Shown here: positions 37,016-45,554 of the stretch, in pieces | Position numbering within the stretch: position 1 is the first letter of the stretch | How the letters are laid out: every line of letters begins with the position of its first letter | Virus record (IMG/VR): IMGVR_UViG_2816332575_000002 | Span: 1 to 64,000 of that record | Strand: one strand, 5' to 3' | DNA length: 64,000 nt | Origin: a virus | Lineage: Duplodnaviria; Caudoviricetes | Translations under genes and position numbers: made by a program | Notes under the pieces: generated by a model | The model's database searches: none | The model's input: the letters and a program-made list of their open reading frames with translations, nothing else | Told to the model about the DNA's origin: nothing

Positions 37016-38644
37016 ATGCCCTCTGCTATCACCGGTACGGGGATGCTGTCCCCGACTCCGACCGCCTATCCAGGCACCAATACGCAGCTCACTCCGGCGA
37101 TTCAGACCATCTGGTCGAAGGAGATCCTGTTCCAGTCCATGCCGATCCTCAGGTTCGAGCAGTTCGCGGTCTGACTTGGCCGCCTGCCGGAGTGATCTGG
37201 CAGTGATAATTCCGAGAATTGCTGGGATATCCTGCAAGACTCCAGCGCCACAGCGTAGCGGGAAACCGCAAGCGCGAAGGCTTGAAAAGCTGGAGGTAGG
37301 GACAATCAGCAGCCGAGCCCGCCTGGTGCAATCCGACGGGAAGGTTCAGAGACTATGTACGGGACACCCCACGCGGGTGAAGATATAGTCCGAACTGCGC
37401 GGAGACGCGTAGAGGCTGGCAGAAATGACCAGCCCGCCCTGGGATATTCCGGGGAGGTAACAGATTGCAAGAAGACTGAACTCGGGGTGGCCCCCGGACT
37501 TTCGATCAACTTCCTACGCTATAACAATCTGGAAGGTGCCAAGCAGCTCGTCGAAGGCGTCCGCATGGAAACTCAGGCGCTCTCGGCGTCTCAGTTCTCC
37601 ATTACCGTCGCTGAACATGGGGCTGCCGTGGCCGTGTCGGAACTCCTGCTCAATGCGTCCTTCGACGACGTTATGGCGAGCGCCTCGCGGCTCCTCGGCC
37701 GCAACATGGCCATGTACCTGGATGGCCAGTGTCGATCAGTTCTCCTGGGCGCTACCAGCGTGCTGTACGGGTACGACAAGTTCGGCGCTAACGCCGTCTC
37801 GACTGATGGCAAGCCGGGTAACCCGATCACGCGCCTGAGCCCCTATGACAAGGGAGTGCCGGCGACCGGGCGGGACGCTCTGACCGAGCACTACCTAACG
37901 TCCGCGGTCATCAAAGACGGCGTGGAGACACTCGCGGCGAAGAACATTCCCCGCATTTCCGATACCTATGTGTGCTTCATACACCCACATCAGAGCCGCT
38001 GGCTTCGGGAAGACCCGAGTTGGATTGAAGCGACCAAATACGCGGCGCCAGGGAATTTCTCAATTGGGGAAATCGGTAGGATCGATGACGTGATCTTCGT
38101 GGAATCCACGCAGGTCCGCCCGATCGCGAACTCGACGAATAAGAAGGTCTACCAGGCGACCATGATCGGTGACAATGCGTACGGTCATGCGATCAGCCTT
38201 CCGGTGGAACTCCGCGACGGCGGTGTGCTCGATTTCGGTTTCTCTGCGAAGCGTCAGGACAGCTTCGCTCTGGCCGCCTGACGGAGCAATCCGTCAGTGA
38301 AAACCCCGAGAATTGCTGGGACATTCTGCAAGACTCCAGCGCCACAGCGTAGCGGGAAACCGCAAGCGCGAAGGCTTGAAAAGCTGGAGGTAGGGACAAT
38401 CAGCAGCCGAGCCCGCCTGGCACAGGCCGACGGGAAGGTTCACAGACTAGGCACGGGGAGCCCCACGAGGGCTAAGGGATAGTCGGGTCTGCATGGAGAC
38501 ATGCAGAGGCTGGCAGAAATGACCAGCCCGCCCTGGGAAATCCGGGGAGGTAACAGAGCGCGTGAGCACGCACTTGCTTGGTACAGCATCTACGGAATGG
38601 GGATGATTACGGATCAGTCCGTGGTCACCCTGGAGACCAACTGA
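37016..38644 (+). CDS. major capsid protein (N4-gp56-like), spliced from 37016-37170, 37468-38239 and 38561-38644; 336 aa
   Basis: joined exons give 1011 nt in frame, restoring ...LRFEQFAV|KKTELGVAPG... and ...GGVLDFG|REHALAWYSIYG...; internal YVCFIHPHQ and GEIGRIDDVIFVES motifs. Confidence 0.9.
37171..37467 (+). ncRNA. group I self-splicing intron 1 (297 nt, no ORF)
   Basis: 5' exon ends in U, intron ends in G; P AAUUGCUGGGA, Q AAUCAGCAGCC, R GUUCAGAGACUA, S AAGAUAUAGUCC; P1 GCGGU/GCCGC; P10 CUUG/CAAG. Confidence 0.92.
38240..38560 (+). ncRNA. group I self-splicing intron 2 (321 nt, no ORF)
   Basis: paralog of intron 1; 5' exon ends in U, intron ends in G; R GUUCACAGACUA, S AAGGGAUAGUCG; compensatory changes in P2, P3, P7, P8 and P9. 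Confidence 0.92.
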
Positions 38645-38648
38645 ACGA

Positions 38649-38680
38649 AGACCCCCGGCGAGAGAATTCGCCGGGGGTCT
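38649..38680. terminator. bidirectional terminator after capsid gene
   Basis: AGACCCCCGGCGA / TCGCCGGGGGTCT. Confidence 0.75.
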
Positions 38681-38697
38681 CGTCTCTGCACCCAGAA

Positions 38698-39570
38698 TCA
38701 CGAAGTGTCGAATCGGGTACGCAGTCCTTCTGGGCTAACCGAGACCTCAATCTGGTTCCATTCGGGCCATCCGAGGTCGGCGTACCGGCGGCGCTCGCGT
38801 TGGCCGCGGAGCTTCATGAAGAGCAGGCCGTCGTGCAACCTCCCCTGGGCAGAGCCGCGGCCGTCACAGACGAGCCGGAGCAGGCCGTCACAGCCAAATG
38901 GTGTGTCGATCGGCGTGATGATCACTGTGCCTTCGTGGGCTTGGTGCAGCCACGCTTGTGGCACCTCCCGTACGGCCGCGGTGGAGATGATGCGGTCGTA
39001 CGGGCCCCGATCCGCGTAGCCCTCTTCACCGTCTCCGGCCACGACGAGTGGGTGAAGGTCGAGTTGGTGCAGCTTGTCTCTCGCGGTTTGTGCGAGGCCC
39101 TCGTCGATCTCGATGCTGACTACGTTGCTCGCGCCGGCCCGGTGACACAGGAGGGCAGTGCTGTAGCCGGTGCCCGTACCGATCTCCAGCACCTGGCCCC
39201 CTGGCTGAGGCGCCAGGTAGTGGAGCATGTCGACGACGACGGCAGGGCAGGAGATCGAGGAGGTGAATATGTCTGCCTCGGTGACCTCGTCGCCAGGATG
39301 TACGCGACCGTCGGCGATCTGCGTGACGAGGAGCTGCTTCGAGCGGTAGACGGCCTGCAACCACTCCCGCGGCTGTTCAGCCCGATTCAGAACTGCGACT
39401 CTGTCCTCCTCCTCGATCCACACCTGAGCCGGCACGAAGTGTTCTCGTGGGACGTCGAGGAACGCTTCACGCAGCCATGGACAGTCGTTGAAGTGTCCGC
39501 GCGTGCGTTTGTCGATCCTCTTCGCACAGGCGTTACGTAGTGCCGATGCGTCCGGATCAGCTGTCGTCAT
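38698..39570 (-). CDS. PIMT/PCMT-like (isoaspartyl-type) methyltransferase
   Basis: AFLDVPREHF, TSSISCP, VLEIGTGTGYSTALL, YDRIISTAAV, FMKLRGQR. Confidence 0.88.
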   Translation of the reverse strand: MTTADPDASALRNACAKRIDKRTRGHFNDCPWLREAFLDVPREHFVPAQVWIEEEDRVAVLNRAEQPREWLQAVYRSKQLLVTQIADGRVHPGDEVTEADIFTSSISCPAVVVDMLHYLAPQPGGQVLEIGTGTGYSTALLCHRAGASNVVSIEIDEGLAQTARDKLHQLDLHPLVVAGDGEEGYADRGPYDRIISTAAVREVPQAWLHQAHEGTVIITPIDTPFGCDGLLRLVCDGRGSAQGRLHDGLLFMKLRGQRERRRYADLGWPEWNQIEVSVSPEGLRTRFDTS

Positions 39571-39685
39571 CGTCTTGGGTGTCGTCGTCTTGATCGTCTT
39601 CGTTCTCGGGTGCCGGGTTCCCGGGGTCGCCGGGGGAGCTGAAGTCTCCGCCTACCTGCCCGTTGCCGTCTCGTCGGTGTCCCAC
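39557..39685 (-). CDS. 42-aa Asp-rich peptide, putative RiPP precursor (absent from ORF track)
   Basis: GAGGAGG RBS + GTG; MGHRRDGNGQVGGDFSSPGDPGNPAPENEDDQDDDTQDDDDS; overlaps PIMT start. Confidence 0.75.
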   Translation of the reverse strand: MGHRRDGNGQVGGDFSSPGDPGNPAPENEDDQDDDTQDDDDS

Positions 39686-39751
39686 GTCTGCCTCCTCAGC
39701 AGCTGAGTGGTGTCAGTGTGCTGAGCCGCAGGGCTTAATCACCAGCTCGCA

Positions 39752-41038
39752 TCATGGCGAAAGGGTGACAGCGGCCGTCAGCTCGCGTACTCCGGCCGCG
39801 CGGGGGTGTTGCTGGGCCAGGTCGGTGACGATCTGGCGGATGGCGGGCCGGTCGCGGACTTCGCCGCGCGAGGCCCGTACGGCGTGCAGCAGGGCGTCGG
39901 CGGCCGGTTCGGGCTTGGCCATCTGCCACCACGCGCGCGCGAGGTCGGTGTGCATTCGGGCCTTGCGCTCGGGCGTGGGGAACTGACCCTCGCGCAGGTC
40001 CGTACCGGCTTCCAGGGCAGCGCCGGCGTCGCCCAGTGCCCAGTGGACGCCGACGGCGTACAGGGCGACGGCCGCCGGGGTCAGCGGGAACAGGCGCTCG
40101 GGCGGGGCCTGCTCGGGCAGGAGGCGGCCAGCACGCTGGGCTTCGCCGATCGCGGCCAGGGCCTGACCGCGGTCTCCTGCGCGGGCCGCGCTGTACGCCT
40201 GGGTGCAGAGCATCTGGGCGTACGCGGAGGTCTGAGGGCTGTTGGTGAGTCCGGTCGCTTCGACCTGGGCCGCGGCCTGGAGGATCAGGCGTTGGGCGGC
40301 GGCGGGCTGGTCCTGGTGACGCAGGACGATGCTCATCTCGCGCGCGGCGGCCGCGGCGGCGAGCGGAGAGCCGGACAGGTCCGCGTAAACGGTGGCGCGG
40401 TCGGCGGCCTGCCGGGACTGCTCGTAGCGGCCGATTTTCGTGAGGACTTGGGAGAGCAGGCTGTACGTGGTCGACAGGCGGGCCAGGGCCAGTTCCTGCC
40501 GGGAGCGGGCTGCCACGTGCGCGTCACCCAGCAGGCCGGGCAGCACCTCTAGGAGCCGGGCGTGCTGGCCGGCGTCGAACAGGCCGCGGGCGAGGCTCAG
40601 GCGCTGGTCGAGGGGGGCTGCGGAGCCGCTGGGATCGGGGACGCCCGCCAGCGCGGCATCGACGCCGATCAGGAACTGCGCGGGGGCCGCGAGTCCGGCG
40701 GCGGCGAGCAGGGTACGGCGGCGCATCGGGTCCTCCTCGACTCGTGGACCATCGAGCGCCACCCTAGTGGCCGGTGAGCCGCCGAGGGCGAGCGACGCCG
40801 TCAGAACATCCGTCGGGATACCCACCTCTTCGGCGGCGCGTCGCAGCAGACACAGGTCGGAGGGGCAGCGGCGGGCTTCGAGCCGGGAGACCGTGGAGGG
40901 CGAGCACCCCAGGCGCCCGCCAAGGTCCTCCTGGCGCCACCCCCGGGCGGTGCGTCCGATCTTGACGAGCCCGCCGGCGTGCCGGGCGGCGACGAGGGAG
41001 CGGACCTTGTCGGAGCACCACAGGGTGTCACCGGACAT
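39752..41038 (-). CDS. XRE HTH regulator with helical (TPR-like) C-terminus
   Basis: RTARGWRQEDLGGRLGCSPSTVSRLE; MRRRTLL; PTPERKARMHTDLARAW. Confidence 0.85.
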   Translation of the reverse strand: MSGDTLWCSDKVRSLVAARHAGGLVKIGRTARGWRQEDLGGRLGCSPSTVSRLEARRCPSDLCLLRRAAEEVGIPTDVLTASLALGGSPATRVALDGPRVEEDPMRRRTLLAAAGLAAPAQFLIGVDAALAGVPDPSGSAAPLDQRLSLARGLFDAGQHARLLEVLPGLLGDAHVAARSRQELALARLSTTYSLLSQVLTKIGRYEQSRQAADRATVYADLSGSPLAAAAAAREMSIVLRHQDQPAAAQRLILQAAAQVEATGLTNSPQTSAYAQMLCTQAYSAARAGDRGQALAAIGEAQRAGRLLPEQAPPERLFPLTPAAVALYAVGVHWALGDAGAALEAGTDLREGQFPTPERKARMHTDLARAWWQMAKPEPAADALLHAVRASRGEVRDRPAIRQIVTDLAQQHPRAAGVRELTAAVTLSP

Positions 41039-41230
41039 AGCGCCTCCCGTACGCCAGGGGCCGGGGCCCGTTCCACGGTAGTGACTTTCCGTGTGCGCGT
41101 CGATGCCGTGTGCAGCATCTGCAAACGGCGTGCACAGCGCGCAAGTTGACCTCCGGCCCGGCCCGCCCGGTGGTGTCGTGGTCGTACGGCCCACGGCGGG
41201 CCGGACAGTCGCAGCACGCGGGAGGACACG

Positions 41231-41677
41231 ATGGTGACAGCGATCGAGACCAAGACGCAGGTCCGCGATCCGCGGGACTACGTGACGCGCGAGGTGTGGG
41301 ACCGGGAGATCCAGCTGCTGATGCGGGATCACCCGGTGGACGAGGTGATGGCCAACCGGCTGTTCGGGGCCGCGGTCTCGTACCTGATCACCGCGATGGA
41401 GAAGTGGGGCCAGCACCTGGAGCTGTGCTGCGGCCGCCTCGTCGACCTGGCGGTCCACGTGTTCATCCTGGACACGAAGAACTACCGCGAGTTCTGCCAC
41501 CGGCACTTCGGCGGCCGGTTCCTGGAACACATCCCGGAGATTGCGTTCAAGTACGACGGCAGTGTGGAGCGCACCGCCAAGGTGATCGCCGCCGCGGGCT
41601 TCGAGGTGGACTGGAAGCTGTGGGAGCGCGACTACGCGGCGTGCGGCCCGTGCCGCCCTGGGGAGGAGTGCCACTGA
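41231..41677 (+). CDS. glycine-rich-domain (DUF1399-like) protein
   Basis: VDLAVHVFILDTKNYREFC...FLEHIP motif; GGAGG RBS. Confidence 0.7.
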   Translation: MVTAIETKTQVRDPRDYVTREVWDREIQLLMRDHPVDEVMANRLFGAAVSYLITAMEKWGQHLELCCGRLVDLAVHVFILDTKNYREFCHRHFGGRFLEHIPEIAFKYDGSVERTAKVIAAAGFEVDWKLWERDYAACGPCRPGEECH

Positions 41678-41819
41678 CCGCCTGCACACCCTCGGCCCCG
41701 GGAGCGCTTGACGGTGTTCCTGGGGCCGAGGGCTGCTCGGGTGACTTCGCGGCAAACCGCCGCAGACGGCCGGGCGGGCCGGTACGGTGCCAGGTCCCGC
41801 CGTCCTCCCGAGGAGACGT

Positions 41820-42488
41820 ATGCCCCGCGCGCCACAGACCCCGGCCGAATACTGGGACAAGTACAAGCCGCACCGGGGCGCCGGCCCGCAGCCTCGGCCC
41901 GAGACCGGCCGGTTCGAGTGGACCCAGTACCTTGGCCACGGCCCCGGGGCCGAACTCCTCGGCTCCCCCCACCGTGCCCTGGACCTCGGGGCGGCCGAGG
42001 GCAAGGAGGCCGCGCACCTTGCCGAGCGCGGCGTCCGGGTGACCGGCGTGGACCTCTCCGCCGTCCAGGTCACCCGCGCCCGCGCCTGGTGGCACGACAT
42101 CGCGAACCTGGACTTCGTCCACGCCGAGGTGTGCGCCTACCTCTCCGACACCGAGGAGACATACGACGCGATCTACTCGGTGTGGGGCGCGGTCTGGTTC
42201 ACCGACCCCGAGCAGCTCCTCCCACTCATCGCCGCCCGCCTGGCCCCGGGCGGCACGTTCGTGTTCTCCCAGGCCGAGCCGTCACCAGACGCCTACGGTC
42301 CGCAGGCCATGCGGGGCAAGTGGCTGGAAGGCCGCGAGCGCGAGCTGACCGTACCGCGGTGGCAGTACCCGCCCGAGACCTGGGCCGACCACCTCAAGCG
42401 AGCTGGCTTCGCCCACGTGAACGCGCGCGTCCTGCCAGCACCGAACGACGAACGGTTGGGCACGCTGCTGGTCGTCTCTCACCGTTAA
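41820..42488 (+). CDS. class I SAM-dependent methyltransferase
   Basis: ALDLGAAEG, VTGVDLS, YDAIYS, LAPGG. Confidence 0.88.
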   Translation: MPRAPQTPAEYWDKYKPHRGAGPQPRPETGRFEWTQYLGHGPGAELLGSPHRALDLGAAEGKEAAHLAERGVRVTGVDLSAVQVTRARAWWHDIANLDFVHAEVCAYLSDTEETYDAIYSVWGAVWFTDPEQLLPLIAARLAPGGTFVFSQAEPSPDAYGPQAMRGKWLEGRERELTVPRWQYPPETWADHLKRAGFAHVNARVLPAPNDERLGTLLVVSHR

Positions 42489-42551
42489 CTCGGCGGCAAG
42501 TCCTGTAGGAGTGCGGGGCTAATGCCAACGGTCCTCATCGCGAGGATCGGA

Positions 42552-43391
42552 CTATGCCTTCTTTTTGAGGTGGGCGAGAACAGAATCGGGCGACTGATCA
42601 TGTTGGTCCTTGTCCTGTTCCCAGAGGTGCATGACCGACGCTGCGGCTTCTGCGAAGTCCGTGGGCAACCCTGCCTCGCGCAGCGACTCGGCGACCTCTT
42701 TCATCTCGGGCCCCCAGCGCCAGGCACGCGCGGCGACGCTGGGCAGGTAGTCCCGGCCCGAGAGGATGTCGGTCGGCATGATCCGTGCCTCGGCGGTAAG
42801 AAGGTCGCCGACCCCGTGTTCCTCAGCGAGTGCGTGAGCGACTCCGGCCAAGGTGCGGGCCGCCTTCTGGAAGCTGGCGAAACTCATCTTCAGCGCCGAG
42901 GCACTGCCGAGTGGGCCGCTCGTGGTCTTCGTGTGAACGGCAGTTCTCTCGAACAGCGACTCGGCCAGGTCGATCGCCGGCTGCGGTCCGGCCAGGTAGA
43001 GGCGCGCTGTCCGGCCCTCACTGTTGGGCGGCGGGCCGATGATCGCACCGTCCAGCACCGTGCAGGTTGCGGGGAGAGCCTGGGCGATCTGCATCATGCG
43101 TTGCGGGCTGATCGCGTTGGCGTCCAGGTACACGCCGGAGTACGCGTGCTTCGCCGCCGCGGCGGCGACCTCGTCGGCGACTTGCGGAGGGCACACCGAG
43201 AGCACCATCTCGCTCGCGGCCAGAGCGTCACCGAGGGAAGACGCGAGGGTGAGGCCGGCTGCCTCGGCGCGTTGGCGTGAACGCTCGCTTCGGCCATGCG
43301 GTACCCAGAGCACCCGGTGGCCGGCTCCTACGGCTTGGGCCGCCAGGGCGCTGCCCATGGAACCGGGACTGAGCAGGGTGATGGTGAGCAC
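42552..43391 (-). CDS. NAD(P)-dependent oxidoreductase (6PGD/3HIBDH-like, DUF1932-like C-terminus)
   Basis: LSPGSMGSALA, YLDANAISP, DGAIIGPPP, ASALKM, AWRWGPEMKEVA. Confidence 0.85.
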   Translation of the reverse strand: MLTITLLSPGSMGSALAAQAVGAGHRVLWVPHGRSERSRQRAEAAGLTLASSLGDALAASEMVLSVCPPQVADEVAAAAAKHAYSGVYLDANAISPQRMMQIAQALPATCTVLDGAIIGPPPNSEGRTARLYLAGPQPAIDLAESLFERTAVHTKTTSGPLGSASALKMSFASFQKAARTLAGVAHALAEEHGVGDLLTAEARIMPTDILSGRDYLPSVAARAWRWGPEMKEVAESLREAGLPTDFAEAAASVMHLWEQDKDQHDQSPDSVLAHLKKKA

Positions 43392-44767
43392 TATTTGCCT
43401 CCGGAGGGGAGTTCGAGCCTCAGTCGCTCTTGGTGGGCGCTGACCGCCTCCTGGAGGCTGATAGCCACCGGTGACGTGGAGCTGGGGTGTCGGTCAAGAA
43501 TTCTCGTGAAGTGCTCCAGGCGTTTCCGGACGCTGTCCGTACCTCGGCGGGCGCTGACCTGGAGCACGGCGTGCACCTGGGGAGCGGCCCCGTCGAGGTC
43601 GCCACGGCCAAGCCGTGCCACGGCCAGGTCCATGCGAGCGAGGGCCATCTCGCCGAGGCGCCGTTGGCCGGGGGGCACGGATTCGAACCTGTTCACGGCC
43701 TCGTCCGCAGCAGCTTCAGCGTCGCTCAGGTGTTCACTGCCGCCGAGCCAGAGGTGGGTCGTGCTCGTGTAGAACATTTGCTTTTCGATGGGGAACGCCA
43801 TCATTCCGCCCGGCAGGTCATCAGCTGCTGTGAGCTGGTCCCGTAGGCGTTCGGCTTCGCGGAGCGAGGCGAGAGCATCGGCGGGCTGGTTGAGCTGGCC
43901 GTACGCGCGGGCTTTGATGCTGTGGAGGCGAATGAGGGAAGTGCCCTGTTCAGGGACGAATTCGGCGCCGCCCTCGGCCAGCCGGACCGCGTCCATGGGC
44001 CGCCCGTCCCAGTAGGCGATCAGCGCTTGCAGGCCCCGGACCCAGACCCGCAGACCGTTGTGCCGGGCCAGCTCGCCGCACATGAAGGCGGTACGCGCCT
44101 GCGTTTCTGCCGCCGGAAATTTGCCCAGGTCGAAGCTGGCATTCGCCAGTACACCGCACAGCACGCCGGCCGCAACGTACAAGTCGTGCGTCATGCCTGG
44201 TGGCTGCCGCCCCTCCAGCAGCTCGAAGGCTCGGTCTCGGAGCGCTCGAACTTCGTGGAAGACCGGCCATACGGGCCGGTTCGGGTAAGTCGTCACTATC
44301 CGGCGGATGTCGGCCTCCAACTGTTCCATCGTCGTGGGACCGCAGTTGCTGCTCTCCGCCCACGCCGCGAAGTCGGCTGATTCGCTCGCCGCTGCCATCA
44401 CCACGTCCTCAGATAGGTCCCCATTCCCGCCGTTCGCCTGCGGTTCCCATTCTGGCGAGCTGGTGCCGATGGGAGCGGTCGGGGGGGTGCTCGGTGCAGG
44501 AGCGAAGAGGGTTTGAACCGAGGAAGGGCAGAACATCGCCTCCAAGATGCGGCGAGCCTCGTTGCGGGGAAGCCCCTTCATCTCGCCGTGAGCCCATCGC
44601 AGGAACTGCCGCTTCTCGATCGTCGCCGTTGCCAGCCCAGCAGGCCCTTCCGTGTCGGCGAGCTGCTGCGCTGTGGCCCGGTAGCGGTCACGGAACACCT
44701 CGTACTTCGTCCACTTGCGGTGCTGGATGAGCAACTGAAACAGGGTGATTGGACTCATCGGTGCCAC
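43391..44767 (-). CDS. XRE-like regulator with TPR-like domain
   Basis: IEKRQFLRWAHGEMKGLPR...LEAMF N-terminus; helical repeats. Confidence 0.8.
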   Translation of the reverse strand: MAPMSPITLFQLLIQHRKWTKYEVFRDRYRATAQQLADTEGPAGLATATIEKRQFLRWAHGEMKGLPRNEARRILEAMFCPSSVQTLFAPAPSTPPTAPIGTSSPEWEPQANGGNGDLSEDVVMAAASESADFAAWAESSNCGPTTMEQLEADIRRIVTTYPNRPVWPVFHEVRALRDRAFELLEGRQPPGMTHDLYVAAGVLCGVLANASFDLGKFPAAETQARTAFMCGELARHNGLRVWVRGLQALIAYWDGRPMDAVRLAEGGAEFVPEQGTSLIRLHSIKARAYGQLNQPADALASLREAERLRDQLTAADDLPGGMMAFPIEKQMFYTSTTHLWLGGSEHLSDAEAAADEAVNRFESVPPGQRRLGEMALARMDLAVARLGRGDLDGAAPQVHAVLQVSARRGTDSVRKRLEHFTRILDRHPSSTSPVAISLQEAVSAHQERLRLELPSGGK

Positions 44768-45035
44768 GACTCCCTTTGGTCCTCGTCTGCGGTGCCACCC
44801 ACGCTAAGGCGCTAACGCGGCGTGCGAACAGCGTTGTTGGCGCCAGTGCCCTAACAAGGGAAGAGAAGACATCAACAAGACATCACAAGGCAGTAGAAGA
44901 CATCGTTAGGGCACTGGTTAAGACACATCTGCCCGTCCAAACTGCGGCCTCAGCGCCACCGGAAACTGTCGGCGCGTCGCTTCCTCCACCCACCCGCTGC
45001 CGTGGCTGACACCGTCAGATTCTGGAGACCAGCAG

Positions 45036-45554
45036 ATGACCAGCGCCCACAGAGACCAGCAACCGTCCAGCCTCCTGCCGCTTACGGTGGCCGAGCGGGG
45101 CCTGTACACCCCCTGCACCAGGCTGCTCGTACGGCCGCTGTCCGGGGATGGCAAGGGACTGTCCCTGGACGAGCTCAGGGTGTGTGGCCGGGCGAGCGCG
45201 GAGGATGTCTGCCCGTACGTGCACGAGTACGGCGACGCGGCAGAACTGGTCACCTCGGAGCTGGTCACCAACGCCCTGACGCACGGGGCCAGAGGCGACG
45301 AGCCGGTGTACGTTGAGTTCCCCTCGTCTCCGTGGTCGTGGAAAATCCGGGTGCTGGACCCGTCCCCGGAGCCGCCCCGGGAAGTCGTTGCGTACGACGA
45401 CGACACGAGCGGGCGTGGCCTGTTCCTCGTGCACTTCTTCGCTGGCCAGTACGACGGTCACCTGGACGTGGAGATCACCGGTGCTGGCAAGGCCGTCACC
45501 TGCACGCTCCCCATCCCCGCACCCAACCGCGTCGCCGATGAGGTGAGCGCGTGA
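45036..45554 (+). CDS. HATPase (RsbW-like) ATP-binding protein
   Basis: ELVTSELVTNALTHG, VLDP, SGRGLFLV, GKAV. Confidence 0.85.
   Translation: MTSAHRDQQPSSLLPLTVAERGLYTPCTRLLVRPLSGDGKGLSLDELRVCGRASAEDVCPYVHEYGDAAELVTSELVTNALTHGARGDEPVYVEFPSSPWSWKIRVLDPSPEPPREVVAYDDDTSGRGLFLVHFFAGQYDGHLDVEITGAGKAVTCTLPIPAPNRVADEVSA

Noticed and set aside
37355-37467. Track ORF 37355..38281 as a stand-alone capsid starting MYGTPH
   Set aside because: The first 37 codons are intron core (P7-P9); the true N-terminus is at 37016 and the C-terminus at 38561-38644
37232-38420. 95-bp identical repeat as an assembly artefact or IS end
   Set aside because: Flanks differ by compensatory base changes and each copy has its own matched splice-site pairings; no transposase or terminal inverted repeats
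41039-42100. 782-aa version of the XRE regulator
   Set aside because: The upstream extension overlaps two well-supported plus-strand genes; GGAGG-ATG at 41038 is the likely start
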